Assembly (NCBI GenBank): GCA_049975265.1
Contig: JBNGDF010000012.1
Coordinates: forward strand, 11,082 to 75,081
Source of the DNA: Fidelibacterota bacterium
GTDB taxonomy: Bacteria > Fidelibacterota > UBA2242
Direction: 5' to 3'
DNA: 64,000 nt
In this document: piece by piece, positions 29,992-39,723 of the stretch
How positions within the stretch are numbered: the stretch's first letter is position 1
Layout: the number at the start of each line of letters is the position of its first letter
Notes under the pieces: model-generated
The model's database searches: none
Seen by the model: only the letters and a program-made list of their open reading frames with translations
What the model was told of the DNA's origin: nothing
Translations under genes and position numbers: made by a program

Positions 29992-30174
29992 CTACATGCA
30001 GAAATGTTGCAGGGCTTCAAACACGAAAAAGACCGGCCAGATGAGAGCTTTGAAAAAACCGAGCACACCCACCCAGAAACCGGTGGCATGAGAGATATAA
30101 TAGACCATTGCGCCGATCAAGCCAAGCCCGTATAAGGCGTTGGACGGAGCGCTGCACTGCAATTCGTTTTTCAT
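29992..30174 (-). CDS. Small membrane protein
   Basis: LYGLGLIGAMVYYI...GFWVGVLGFFKALIWP; GGGAGG RBS. Confidence 0.75.
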   Translation of the reverse strand: MKNELQCSAPSNALYGLGLIGAMVYYISHATGFWVGVLGFFKALIWPVFFVFEALQHFCM

Positions 30175-30224
30175 GATAAACCTCCCTTTTCAATGATGGT
30201 TGATAACTTGACAAAAAGTTGCAT

Positions 30225-30806
30225 TCATATGATAATATTGCGTTTAATAAGTGCCTTATGGAAGGATGTCCAATCGGTGAACTGAATTGCATTAAGACCC
30301 AGATTTCTGGCGGCGGTGACATGGGTCTCCCGATCATCTATGAACAGTGTATTTTCGGGGGTGGCTGCCAGCATTTGCAGAATTTTTTCGAAGGCTTCCC
30401 GTTGCGGCTTGATGAGCCGGTGCTCGGAAGAGATCAGCATTGCGTCGAACAGCTCGTTCAGCTGGTTGGTCTCGAGAATCGGGCGCAGCCACTGGGCGAT
30501 AAAATTTGTCAGCAGTCCGATTTTATAATCCTTTTGGCGGACGGATCGAATCAGTTCGACGACTTGTTTATTGAGGATGATATACGCCAGAATACCGTTT
30601 CGTATTTCCTTCTCCGGGAATCCAATTATCTGACCGATTCTTTTTATAAATTCGCCTTCCGAGATAGCGGCACTGTCGGCGAGCATTGAGAGCTCCAGCA
30701 GAGCGCTGCGGTGTTTTTCCAGACCGGGAACATTTTCTTCAAACCAGAGCCAGTAGCCGTCGGAAGCAATCACCCCGGCGAAATCAAATATGAGGGTGTT
30801 GATCAT
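30225..30806 (-). CDS. HAD-family phosphatase
   Basis: IFDFAGV, LLTN, KP, FIDD motifs. Confidence 0.88.
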   Translation of the reverse strand: MINTLIFDFAGVIASDGYWLWFEENVPGLEKHRSALLELSMLADSAAISEGEFIKRIGQIIGFPEKEIRNGILAYIILNKQVVELIRSVRQKDYKIGLLTNFIAQWLRPILETNQLNELFDAMLISSEHRLIKPQREAFEKILQMLAATPENTLFIDDRETHVTAARNLGLNAIQFTDWTSFHKALIKRNIII

Positions 30807-31046
30807 AGTTGAAAGAATTAAACCTCCGTTTTTGTCGGATAACTGGTGAATAAATATAATCACCGGTGGTGAAATTTGCGAATTGAAACGGAGAATATTG
30901 TAGAAATAATGTGACCGGAATTACTTTTCAAATGGTTCGGTTTCTTTACCTTACACTTAACAAGCATTCGTTTTAGGTGGTCAGGGGGACAGGCAACAGA
31001 GGTTGTTTCGGGGGTCGAAACAGCCGAGAGAGGCGGGTTTAGGCAG

Positions 31047-32819
31047 ATGAGAAAAATGGCAGTGGCGCTTTTAATGGTATTGAATTTTGGTAGTGTTCTT
31101 TGGGCGGCGGGAACGGAACCAACAGGCAGTCCACGGCAGGTATCCACGCGGGAACATCTGCTCTGGATTTGTACGAACAGCTCTTCCTGGGGCGATGACT
31201 TTATTCAAACAGCGGACATTGTATTTACACAGGAAGATTTCGAAAACGGCGGCGCTTTTTATAATGTCGGTGCCGGCTTTTCACCAATCGGCAACAACGG
31301 CACCAAATTCACAGGATCGTATGACGGGCAGGAATTCAGCATCGAGGGATTATTAATAAATCGGACATCTGATTATATCGGGCTGTTCGGCTGGATCAGT
31401 GATGCAACTATTCAGAATCTGAGTGTTACCAGCGTCGATATATCCGGTGGAACCTTTGTCGGCGGGCTGGTTGGTGTCAATACGGTTTCTGCCACAATAT
31501 CCAATTGTTCCACATCCGGCAGGGTAACCGGCACCGGTGATTATGTTGGCGGATTGATTGGATATAGCAATGCCATTATTGAAAATTCAAGCAGCGTTTG
31601 TCAGGTTATTGGTAATAGTTATATCGGAGGGCTGGTGGGTAGTAATGACGTGACTGTGAGTCGCTGTTATAGTTGTGGTGAGGTTACTGGAAATCAGCAC
31701 GCCGGTGGCTTGGTGGGATATAACACATCAACCATTGATAACTCTTTTTGTGTTGGAAGTGTAATCCGAGCCAGTGGAAGCACCTCAGAAAGTTTAGGTG
31801 ATTTCGTTGGGTATAATTATAATGGAGTGGTGGCATTCTGTTATTCAACGGGTAGTGTCAGTTATAATAGTGCCGAAAATCCAACGGATAAAGGTTTTAT
31901 CGGCGAGCAGGCTGGATCAGGTAATAGCTATGCCAATAATTTCTTCGATAGTACCGCTTCCAACCAGAGCAGCGATGCCGTCGGATCGGCAACTCCCAAA
32001 ACGACTGTTGAGATGAAAAATGTCAGAACCTTTACCGATGTGGAATGGAGTTTGGGTTTGTCATTCGCCTGGGACTTTGAAACCAATCCCTATGACGATG
32101 AAGCCAATAACAATTATTGGGACCTGGACCTCGATGGAATCATCAATAACGGCTATCCCTATCTCTCCTGGGAAGATGGCGCGGATGTGTCTCTGCCGGT
32201 GGTGTTGGTGAATTTCACTGCGGATCAGAGTCGTGATGGAGTGGTATTGCGGTGGACGACGGAAAGCGAGATTGAAAACTTGGGTTTCATTATATGTAGA
32301 AAGTGCAAAGTGTCTCCAACAGGAGTCCCTGAGGGGAAAAGTTCAAAATGGGAAGAAATTGCGAGTTATTTGACGGATGCAGCGTTGCAGGGGCAGGGTT
32401 CGACGGCGGAAAAACACGATTATCAGTATATTGACTTTGCGGTTCAACCGGGAATGACCTATGAATACCGATTAAGCGACGTGGATTTCGGCGGGAAGGT
32501 CACCTGGTGCGCCGGGGCAGAGATCAGGATTAAGGTCGGAGATGCCCCGGTGGCGACAGAATTCGGTTTACAAAAAACCTTTCCCAATCCCTTTAACGCG
32601 AACGTGACGCTCTGCTACAACCTTTCCGATAACGGTAAGACCAACCTGGCGGTTTACAACCTGCGTGGTCAATTGGTGGCAACCCTTGTCAATGTGGATA
32701 AAACGAAAGGTACATATCAGGTGAACTGGCAGCCGCGGCAGCTGAGTACCGGCATATATATTGTCCGTCTGGAATCGGGTGCCCGAACAACGTACCGGAA
32801 GATTGAATATGTAAAATGA
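31047..32819 (+). CDS. Secreted GLUG-repeat protein with C-terminal sorting domain
   Basis: PIG, FTGSYDG, repeated (V/I)GGL(V/I)G, GYPYL, LPVVL...FPNPFN. Confidence 0.85.
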   Translation: MRKMAVALLMVLNFGSVLWAAGTEPTGSPRQVSTREHLLWICTNSSSWGDDFIQTADIVFTQEDFENGGAFYNVGAGFSPIGNNGTKFTGSYDGQEFSIEGLLINRTSDYIGLFGWISDATIQNLSVTSVDISGGTFVGGLVGVNTVSATISNCSTSGRVTGTGDYVGGLIGYSNAIIENSSSVCQVIGNSYIGGLVGSNDVTVSRCYSCGEVTGNQHAGGLVGYNTSTIDNSFCVGSVIRASGSTSESLGDFVGYNYNGVVAFCYSTGSVSYNSAENPTDKGFIGEQAGSGNSYANNFFDSTASNQSSDAVGSATPKTTVEMKNVRTFTDVEWSLGLSFAWDFETNPYDDEANNNYWDLDLDGIINNGYPYLSWEDGADVSLPVVLVNFTADQSRDGVVLRWTTESEIENLGFIICRKCKVSPTGVPEGKSSKWEEIASYLTDAALQGQGSTAEKHDYQYIDFAVQPGMTYEYRLSDVDFGGKVTWCAGAEIRIKVGDAPVATEFGLQKTFPNPFNANVTLCYNLSDNGKTNLAVYNLRGQLVATLVNVDKTKGTYQVNWQPRQLSTGIYIVRLESGARTTYRKIEYVK

Positions 32820-32938
32820 AATAGCCAGAAGGTAATCATTCTTCCTGTGTTCTGAGACAGATGGTGCTTTTGCGGTCTGTTCAGCACCGAAAAACCATTC
32901 AAAGTTGAATAAATACAAGTCTTGTGTAATATTAATCC

Positions 32939-32967
32939 TTGACATTGTATTATTACAGCCTTATATT
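32939..32967 (+). promoter_or_regulatory. Sigma70-type promoter
   Basis: TTGACA-17 nt-TATATT upstream of the PRC-barrel gene. Confidence 0.6.
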
Positions 32968-33015
32968 GACCATGGTGGTATAATATTTGACAGATTGAGC
33001 AGAAAGGAGTTGGTT

Positions 33016-33762
33016 ATGTTAAGAAGTATAAATGAGATTGTTGGATATTCTCTGGATGCAGAGGATGGTAACATCGGTAAATGTTGGGATTTTCTGTTTG
33101 ATGATAAATTCTGGACGGTACGCTATATGGTTGCCGATACAGGTAAGTGGTTGCCGGGTCGTAAAGTCATTATTTCACCGATTTCTCTTGGTGAGCCGGA
33201 TTGGTCAGCGCAGGCGTTCCCGGTGCGATTGACGAAAAAGCAGATTGAGAATACTCCAGGTTTGGATGAAGCCGAACCGGTATCGCGGCAACATGAGATT
33301 CGCTTCTTTAAGTATTATGGCTGGCCTTATTACTGGGGTGGAGCGCATGTCTGGGGTGCCGTGGCATTTCCGGGATTGCTGTATGATCGTAAACCGGTGG
33401 ATAGTGATTCAGTGGACAAAGAATCCGGAGACGAGCATTTACGCTCGGCAAGAGAGGTGACGGGATATTATATTCAAGCCCGGGATGGAGAGGTTGGTCA
33501 CGTCGAAGATTTCATATTGGATGATGACGCCTGGATCATCCGCTATCTGGTTGTTGATACCCGCAACTGGCTGCCCGGTAAAAAGGTACTGCTTGCACCG
33601 GATTGGATCGAATCGATTGACTGGTCCTGTCAAAAAGTGGTGGTGGACCTGACCCAGGAAGAGATAAAAGCCAGTCCCGAATATGATCCCAAAGTACCGG
33701 TCAATCGGGAATATGAGGAACGACTGTACGATTTTTATGGTCGCCCGATGTACTGGGTGTAA
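33016..33762 (+). CDS. Double PRC-barrel domain protein
   Basis: Two GY-x-A-x-DG-x-G...D...W-x-RY-x-V-x-DT...WLPG-x-KV repeats; AAGGAG RBS. Confidence 0.88.
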   Translation: MLRSINEIVGYSLDAEDGNIGKCWDFLFDDKFWTVRYMVADTGKWLPGRKVIISPISLGEPDWSAQAFPVRLTKKQIENTPGLDEAEPVSRQHEIRFFKYYGWPYYWGGAHVWGAVAFPGLLYDRKPVDSDSVDKESGDEHLRSAREVTGYYIQARDGEVGHVEDFILDDDAWIIRYLVVDTRNWLPGKKVLLAPDWIESIDWSCQKVVVDLTQEEIKASPEYDPKVPVNREYEERLYDFYGRPMYWV

Positions 33763-33904
33763 TTGTCATCTTCGGGTTGGTGGTGATACCTGAACAGAAA
33801 ATCACACGTAGCGAGTGGTATCTGCTATAAGCGGGGCTGAACCTGCTTTGCTGTGCTCCGCAGGTCAGGCGGGATACAATGAGGCATGACTTTCCGATAA
33901 AAGT

Positions 33905-33930
33905 AAAAACCCACCTCCAAGGTGGGTTTT
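33905..33930 (-). terminator. Terminator downstream of tRNA-Asp
   Basis: AAAACCCACC-TTGGA-GGTGGGTTTTT. Confidence 0.8.
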
Positions 33931-33937
33931 ATGACTG

Positions 33938-34011
33938 CGGGGCCGACGGGATTCGAACCCGCAACTTCCGGCGTGACAGGCCGGTGCTCTAACCAGTTGA
34001 ACTACGGCTCC
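33938..34011 (-). tRNA. tRNA-Asp(GTC)
   Basis: GGAGCCGTAGTTCAACTGGTTAGAGCACCGGCCTGTCACGCCGGAAGTTGCGGGTTCGAATCCCGTCGGCCCCG; G73 discriminator; CCA not encoded. Confidence 0.95.
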
Positions 34012-34033
34012 ATTTTGAAAAATCATTGAGAAT

Positions 34034-34145
34034 TTCCGGAGTGATCCTGCTTCGCTGCGCTTCGCAGGACGAGTCCAGCCTCGCAATGCGACGCTGAACG
34101 CGCAGACCGGTGCTCTAACCCGATCTATCGGGAAACTACGGCTCC
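34034..34145 (-). pseudogene. Degenerate tRNA-Asp copy with palindromic insertions
   Basis: GGAGCCGTAGTT[TCCCGATAGATCG]GGTTAGAGCACCGGTCTG[58 nt]TCACTCCGGAA; T arm and 3' end missing. Confidence 0.8.
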
Positions 34146-34301
34146 ATTTTCAAAGTCCCGATTGCTCGGGCGGACGCAAATTTAAAGATTTTATCAGCCC
34201 AGCGCAAGCAGAAACAACAATGCCGGAAAAATTATTCCTACTCTGAAATATTCTTCATATTTTAATGCCAATGACGAAACAATACAATATCGGGAGATAA
34301 A

Positions 34302-35405
34302 ATGGGATTCAAATGCGGAATAGTCGGTCTGCCGAATGTGGGGAAATCCACCTTGTTCAACGCTTTGACACACGCCGGCGTGGCAATGGAAAATTATCCC
34401 TTCTGCACGATCGAGCCTCACGTGGGAATCGTCGAAGTGCCCGATCAACGCCTGGAGCTCCTGCGGAAAATCTATCAACCCGAAAAACTCATTCCCACCA
34501 CCCTGCAGTTCGTAGACATCGCCGGGCTGGTGAAAGGTGCTTCGCAGGGCGAGGGGTTGGGCAACCAGTTTCTCAGTTATATTCAGGCGGTTGATGCGCT
34601 GGTGCATGTGGTGCGTTGTTTTGAGGATATCAATGTAGCCCATATTGACGACCGCCTCGATCCCGCTCGGGATTTCGAAATTGTGGAGACTGAAATATTG
34701 CTGAAGGATTTGGAAACTATTGAGAATCGGATTCACAAAATCCAGGTCAAAGCCCGCAGCGGCGATCAGAAATTGAAAAAGCAGATGGTGATTCTGGAGG
34801 AGCTGAGGGAACTATTATCCCGGGGTAAGTCCGCCAAGAATTATCATGCTCATCCTGAAGAGGAGGGGTTTATCAGGGAACTGGGACTGCTGTCCCGCAA
34901 ACCGGTGCTGATTGTGGGGAATATCTCTGAAAGTGAAGCGACTTCCGGAAAAAAGACTCCCGTTACTACGGAGTTTGAACAATTCGCGCTTTCTACCGGC
35001 AACTTTTTTCTGACTCTCTCGGCGAATCTGGAGCTGGAGCTGACGGAGCTGGAGCCGGATGAACGGAAATTGCTGATGAAGGAGTGGCAGATCGCCGAAT
35101 CCGGACTGGAACGCCTGATCAAAGCCGGTTATTCGCTGCTGCAGCTGATCAGCTTCTTTACCATGGAATCCAATATTTGTCAAGCCTGGACGGTACCCAC
35201 GGGTTCGCCGGCGGTCAAAGCCGCCGCACAGATTCACAGCGGTTTTGAAGAACGGTTTATCAAAGCTGAAGTGCGCCACTGGCAGGACATTGAAAAAACC
35301 AAATCCGAGAAATTGCTGCATGAACAGGGTCTGATCCATATCGAAGGCAAGTCCTATATCGTCCGGGACGGCGACGTCATCACTTTCAAATTGGCGCCAG
35401 GCTAA
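34302..35405 (+). CDS. ychF: Redox-regulated ATPase YchF
   Basis: GIVGLPNVGKST, NYPFCTIEP, DIAGLVKGASQGEGLGNQFL. Confidence 0.95.
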   Translation: MGFKCGIVGLPNVGKSTLFNALTHAGVAMENYPFCTIEPHVGIVEVPDQRLELLRKIYQPEKLIPTTLQFVDIAGLVKGASQGEGLGNQFLSYIQAVDALVHVVRCFEDINVAHIDDRLDPARDFEIVETEILLKDLETIENRIHKIQVKARSGDQKLKKQMVILEELRELLSRGKSAKNYHAHPEEEGFIRELGLLSRKPVLIVGNISESEATSGKKTPVTTEFEQFALSTGNFFLTLSANLELELTELEPDERKLLMKEWQIAESGLERLIKAGYSLLQLISFFTMESNICQAWTVPTGSPAVKAAAQIHSGFEERFIKAEVRHWQDIEKTKSEKLLHEQGLIHIEGKSYIVRDGDVITFKLAPG

Positions 35406-35413
35406 GGATTTAA

Positions 35414-36109
35414 ATGTCCTCTTTTTTAGCGGAGCTGCAGAAACTGAATCAGAAAGCAAATTTTTTCAGCAGGGAGCGCCGGCTGCTGCTGGCTGTTTCC
35501 GGCGGCATTGACAGCCTCTGCATGGCGCAGGTGCTGGCAGAATACCGCCGCGTGATTAATCCCGGTCTGAGCCTGGAAGCGGCGAATGTGCAGATCCCCC
35601 AAACGGCGCTGAAAGATTCTGATATGCAAATCTTGCGCGATTTTTTTAAAGAAATGAATATTCCGCTAACGATAATCAATGGAAATGTTGACGATTCACA
35701 ACCATTCATCTGCTATATCTGCGCCAGGGAACGCCGCAAACGGATTTTCCAGCATGCCGCAGAGCGGAAAATCGGATTAGTCGCCCTGGGACACAATCTG
35801 GATGATTATCTGGAAACCGCCTTGCTGAATCTGGTCCACGCCGGACACATGGAGTCATTACAGCCGGTGCAATCCTATTTTAATAATAAAATTACAGTGC
35901 TGCGTCCGCTGCTTTCGATTCGTAAAAAGCATGTTACGGCTTATGCGAAAGAGCATCAATTCCCAAAATTGACTTCCCAGTGTGCTTATGAATCCGACAA
36001 CCGGCGTGCGGCAATTCGTACGCTTATGGCTCAGCTGCAACGCTTAAACCGGGCGTTTATTCCCAATCTGCGCAAGGCGGTGAACCGGTGGAATAAATTA
36101 GAGGTTTAA
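35414..36109 (+). CDS. TtcA-family PP-loop tRNA thiolation protein
   Basis: AVSGGIDS, CYICARERR, LGHNLDD, LRPL. Confidence 0.8.
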   Translation: MSSFLAELQKLNQKANFFSRERRLLLAVSGGIDSLCMAQVLAEYRRVINPGLSLEAANVQIPQTALKDSDMQILRDFFKEMNIPLTIINGNVDDSQPFICYICARERRKRIFQHAAERKIGLVALGHNLDDYLETALLNLVHAGHMESLQPVQSYFNNKITVLRPLLSIRKKHVTAYAKEHQFPKLTSQCAYESDNRRAAIRTLMAQLQRLNRAFIPNLRKAVNRWNKLEV

Positions 36110-37470
36110 AATTTCGGCGCTTCCACCAGTTTTAAAAGCTTCATCAGCAGTAATGAGATAATCAGTGCTCCGGCAAATACACCAACGGTTAGAAGAAGAC
36201 TCCAATTCCACCAGATCGGCGCGTTGATCAGGACACTATAGCCCAGAATCACCGGAACCATGAAGAGATTCATGATGCCGACCTCCACGGCGACCGGCGA
36301 TTTGAATTCCGGATCAACGATTCGGAGCAGCAGCAGTCCGCTGGAGACGGTGCCGGTGACCGTTCCGTAAATGGTTACCGACCGTTCAATGTTGTACGAG
36401 AACAGCCGCCGCCCCAGGAAAATCACCATGATAGTGGTTGTCAGACCGCCGGTCAGTGCAATCAGCGTCACCGGCAGGATGAATTTCCAGACCACTACCA
36501 CCTGGATCGCCATAATGGTGGACACAATCAGGTAATCCACCGAGAACCCGGTAATGCGCCGTTGCAGACCGGAATCCAGCAGATGGTCTATTTTAAGTTT
36601 TTTCATTATGAGTTTGACCAGAAAGGCAATCGCCATCCCGATAAAGAAGAAAAATCCCCAGAGCATTTTTGCCATGTCCGGAGGGAGCAATTTTCCCAGT
36701 AGCAGTGTGAAACCGTACGACAGCAGATAGACCAGTCCGATGACGGCGGCATGAAATGCCAGGGTTTCAATATTGCCGGAGTGCATGGTGAGATTCCCGG
36801 CGGGCTCTTTATCATGATCTTTTGGCACAATGCCTTTCAGAAAGTGGCGTGGCAGTGATCCGGGCACCTGTGCCGTAAGCCCCTTGCGGATGCCCCAGTT
36901 CGCAATGGGTACTCCGACGAAAAAGGAAAACAGAAATCCTAGGGCGGCAAAGGTCAGCCCGATCGTGGCGGCATGTTCGAATCCCACGGTCTCCCAGACT
37001 TTGCCGAAGGACAGCGCCTGCCCGGGTCCCTCCTCAAAGCCCAACGATAGGAGAAAACCGAAAGTCGGGAACAGTTTAAAACCCAGCAGCCCGATTACGA
37101 TGACGATAAGTCCCCCGATCACCGCTTGCATCGAAAAGGAGATGCTCTGAATCACCGCCATCCAGGCGGAGCCTTTCAGATAATCTCTGGCGCGGATGGT
37201 GTCCGGCTGATCTTCGTTGCTGCCGGACAGACCGACAGAAATAAAGGAAATATTGAAAAAATGATAGGCAAATGTTTCGAGTGCTGAGGCTTCGATCCTA
37301 AGAACGCCGCAGCTGATAAAGACCAGCCCGAGAATGCCACCCAGAAGGCAGCTGGGAATTAGGAAATATTGAAAGAAGTGCAGCTTGTTGCGGAGATAGG
37401 CTCCGATCAGCAGCATCACGGATAATGCCCCGAAGATCAGCATCGTTTCAAATGGAAATGGAATGTTCAT
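36106..37470 (-). CDS. Sodium/glutamate symporter (GltS-like) family protein, paralogue of 15545..16951
   Basis: FQYFLIP, GFEEGPG, GLTFAALG, LLRIVDPEFKSP. Confidence 0.82.
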   Translation of the reverse strand: MNIPFPFETMLIFGALSVMLLIGAYLRNKLHFFQYFLIPSCLLGGILGLVFISCGVLRIEASALETFAYHFFNISFISVGLSGSNEDQPDTIRARDYLKGSAWMAVIQSISFSMQAVIGGLIVIVIGLLGFKLFPTFGFLLSLGFEEGPGQALSFGKVWETVGFEHAATIGLTFAALGFLFSFFVGVPIANWGIRKGLTAQVPGSLPRHFLKGIVPKDHDKEPAGNLTMHSGNIETLAFHAAVIGLVYLLSYGFTLLLGKLLPPDMAKMLWGFFFFIGMAIAFLVKLIMKKLKIDHLLDSGLQRRITGFSVDYLIVSTIMAIQVVVVWKFILPVTLIALTGGLTTTIMVIFLGRRLFSYNIERSVTIYGTVTGTVSSGLLLLRIVDPEFKSPVAVEVGIMNLFMVPVILGYSVLINAPIWWNWSLLLTVGVFAGALIISLLLMKLLKLVEAPKF

Positions 37471-37666
37471 AAATCAGCATCCCCCACGTTTTATTCTCAT
37501 TGTTCCTCATAATGATGAATAAAGTTAGCAAACAGGATCAATATTGCAATATTGATGTTGTTTAATAAGGGGATCACTTTTTGTTTTTTCTATTAAATAC
37601 GGGAGGTAAACAGGGTTTAATTCACGGTAAAATACATTTTAAAGTCGGGATAAATTAAAAAAGATG

Positions 37667-37708
37667 TTGCATTTTAAAGTGGCGAATGATATAATTGTAT
37701 AGACAATT
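37667..37708 (+). promoter_or_regulatory. Promoter with overlapping operator 1 (etfB)
   Basis: TTGCAT-17 nt-TATAAT; AATTGTATAGACAATT at 37693-37708. Confidence 0.8.
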
Positions 37709-37888
37709 AATTTTAATACTCTTTTTTACAATGCTATTTAGAAAAATGAATACTGCATTTTTGGATGGAAAGTTTTAATTTCGGTTTGTCCAAATTCCGT
37801 CCGGTCGGGTACGGAGAACAGGGCTGGTAAAAATTCCAATGTAAATCCGAAGCGCCGCTGCGATAGGGCTGATAATCAGGGAGTAAGC

Positions 37889-38686
37889 ATGAAAATCATT
37901 GTACCGATTAAACAGGTTCCGGAAACCAGCAATGTCAGGATGGATCCGGAGACCGGAACCATGATCCGGGAGGGGGTCGAGCCGATCGTCAACCCGCTGG
38001 ATCTCTATGCCATTGAGGCAGCCATTCGGCTGAAAGAGCACGCCGGGGGTGAAATCATCGCTCTCACCATGGGACCGCCCAGTGCCCGCAAAGCGCTGAT
38101 GGAAGCAATTGCCATGGGTTGTGATGATGGCATTCTGCTCAGTAACAAGAAATTTGCCGGAGCGGATACCTGGTCAACATCATATGTTTTGTCGCAGGCG
38201 ATTAAAAAAATCGAAAAGTTTGACCTGATCCTCTGTGGCGAGCGCGCCACCGATGGTGATACCGGACAGGTGGGACCCGGAATCGCCGCCTGGCTGGATA
38301 TACCCTTTGCAACGTATGTCAGTAGGATTCAGGAGGTCCGTAACGGCAACCTGTACTGTGAACGGATGATTGAAACGGGGTATGAAGAGTTGGAGGTACA
38401 GCTGCCCTGCCTGCTGACTGTGGTCAAGGAGGTGAATTTTCCGCGCCTGCCGACATTAAAAGGAAAATTGCGTTCGAAAGCGGCGGAGCTGGAAACCTGG
38501 GGTCCGGCAGATATTGACGCCCAACCGGATTTTCTGGGTTTAAAGGGATCGCCGACCCGGGTAGTAAAAATTACCAAGCCGCAGGTGGCACGCCGGGGCA
38601 AAATTGTTGCGCCGAAAGATGAAAAGGAGTTAATGTCAGCGGTGGACGGACTGATTGAATTTTTAAAACAGAAAGAGATTGTCTGA
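37889..38686 (+). CDS. etfB: Electron transfer flavoprotein beta subunit
   Basis: IKQVP, NPLD, GADT, DGDTGQVGP, GLKGSPT. Confidence 0.95.
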   Translation: MKIIVPIKQVPETSNVRMDPETGTMIREGVEPIVNPLDLYAIEAAIRLKEHAGGEIIALTMGPPSARKALMEAIAMGCDDGILLSNKKFAGADTWSTSYVLSQAIKKIEKFDLILCGERATDGDTGQVGPGIAAWLDIPFATYVSRIQEVRNGNLYCERMIETGYEELEVQLPCLLTVVKEVNFPRLPTLKGKLRSKAAELETWGPADIDAQPDFLGLKGSPTRVVKITKPQVARRGKIVAPKDEKELMSAVDGLIEFLKQKEIV

Positions 38687-39723
38687 TGGATAGCAACGCA
38701 GCATATCAACATGTCTGGATTCTGGGTGAGCAGGAAAGCGGAATTATCCGGCAGGTCTCCTTTGAGCTGCTGAAGCGGGGGCGCGCTTTGGCGGATAAAC
38801 GCAGGTCACAGCTGGTGGCGGTTATCCTCGGTGATCGCTTTGAAGACCGTGAGTTGGCGCGCCTGTTTCACTACGGTGCCGACCGGATTATCGTTGTGCA
38901 GCGACCGGAGCTACGCTACTTTTTGCCGGAACCCTATACCAGGGTTCTGAAGACATTGATTAATAAATACCGCCCGGAAATTCTGATAGCCAGCGCCACG
39001 ACAACCGGAAGAACAGTAGCGCCGGCGGTGGCGGTTGTCTGTCATACCGGGCTGACCGCCGACTGTACCGAGTTGGATATCGATCCGGAAACGGGTAATC
39101 TGATTCAGACCCGTCCGGCGATCGGGGGCAATATTCTGGCGACCATCAAAACGCCGGCACACCGTCCTCAAATGGCAACGGTCCGGCCTCACTCCAACAA
39201 ACCACTGGAACCGGATGAGAGTCGCCGCGGCGAAATCATCCGGGAAACGGTGGAAGCAACGAGTCTGCAAAGCCGGGTCAAGCGGCTTGGATTTCGGGAA
39301 AACAGCGAAGCCGTGGGCAATATTCAAGACGCCGAAATCATCATCGCCGGCGGGAAGGGTTTCAAGAAAGATGAAAATTTCCGCATGGTGCGGGAACTGG
39401 CGGAGCTGTTTCCCGATGGTGCGGTCGGCGCAAGCCGGGATGCAGTAGACCGTGGTTGGGTCAGCTACACGCACCAGATCGGGCTGAGCGGGAAGACCGT
39501 CAGTCCGCGCTTCTATCTGGCAGTCGGGATATCGGGTTCAGTCCAGCATCTGGCGGGGATTAAGACGGCTGAAAATATTGCCGCCATCAATAACGATCCG
39601 GAAGCCCAGATTTTTCAGGTGGCGGACTACGGAATTGTCGCGGATTTATTTGAAGTATTACCACTGATCAAAGAGAAGCTGGCAGCCCTGAATCTGAAAC
39701 AGGAAGCGGAGGTGAGTGAATGA
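38686..39723 (+). CDS. etfA: Electron transfer flavoprotein alpha subunit
   Basis: GLTADCT, RPAIGGN, GASR, QIGLSGKTV, GISGSVQH. Confidence 0.95.
   Translation: MDSNAAYQHVWILGEQESGIIRQVSFELLKRGRALADKRRSQLVAVILGDRFEDRELARLFHYGADRIIVVQRPELRYFLPEPYTRVLKTLINKYRPEILIASATTTGRTVAPAVAVVCHTGLTADCTELDIDPETGNLIQTRPAIGGNILATIKTPAHRPQMATVRPHSNKPLEPDESRRGEIIRETVEATSLQSRVKRLGFRENSEAVGNIQDAEIIIAGGKGFKKDENFRMVRELAELFPDGAVGASRDAVDRGWVSYTHQIGLSGKTVSPRFYLAVGISGSVQHLAGIKTAENIAAINNDPEAQIFQVADYGIVADLFEVLPLIKEKLAALNLKQEAEVSE

Noticed and set aside
4926..32819. Diversity-generating retroelement acting on the secreted proteins
   Set aside because: No reverse transcriptase, and no near-identical template/variable repeat pair differing at adenines was seen.
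34045..34102. Spliceable tRNA intron
   Set aside because: 58 nt is far too short for a group I intron, and the host copy lacks its T arm and 3' acceptor strand.
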